DNA of 64,000 nucleotides from Owenia fusiformis (Eukaryota): NCBI GenBank assembly GCA_903813345.2, contig CAIIXF020000001.1, positions 2,914,001 to 2,978,000 of the forward strand, read 5' to 3'. Shown piece by piece: positions 63,701 to 64,000 of this stretch (position 1 is its first letter; each line of letters starts with the position of its first letter). The notes under the pieces were generated by a model. It saw only the letters and a program-made list of their open reading frames with translations, ran no database searches and was not told where the DNA came from. The position numbers and the translations under genes were made by a program.

Positions 63701-64000
63701 ATTTGTAATACTATGGGTATATTATATTTACATTATTATAATCATAATGACTGGTCGAAATATGGATTGCCAGTAAGTAAATTATTTACTGTAAATACAT
63801 ATGGGGTACCTCAAGATTCCATATAAAGTTTATTTTTTTTATAGATATTCTGCCATGGCAGCTATTTGTGCTTAGAATGGGACTTTACTCGTTATATCTT
63901 CAACGACCATAAGTCTTACTGATTTTGATAGCCATAAATTGAGGGGAGGACATTATTATGTAAGTTAGATTGTTTGGGTTGCGCGTGTTTTCATTATACT

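Overview
AT-rich invertebrate animal genomic DNA with spliceosomal genes and many non-autonomous transposons; it is not prokaryotic. The main feature is a complete 10,083-bp Polinton/Maverick (42855-52937) with AGTAGT...ACTACT ends, an exact 6-bp TSD (AGTATA) and imperfect TIRs. It sits in sense orientation inside intron 2 of a nicotinic acetylcholine receptor-like gene. It carries only three co-oriented, apparently intact genes: a zinc-finger pPolB, a zinc-finger packaging-type ATPase and a chromodomain DDE integrase; no capsid or adenain-protease ORF was found. The pPolB (reconstructed 1280 aa) is split by four short GT-AG introns, two of them inside the KLMNNS and DTDS motifs, and the ATPase (494 aa) by one intron just before Walker A. 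Host genes: an intronless MFS transporter, an intronless disordered protein, an 8-exon serine beta-lactamase-like gene, an intronless thermolysin-like metalloprotease with a basic tail, a multi-pass membrane protein, the 6-exon non-alpha nAChR-like subunit and an SRCR-mucin receptor. Repeats: a Helentron-type satellite element within a 1.49-kb tandem duplication, nested CACTG-ended foldbacks, mariner- and Harbinger-like MITEs, a Penelope relic with a hammerhead-like motif, LINE relics and minisatellites. All exon structures were reconstructed by eye and need RNA confirmation.
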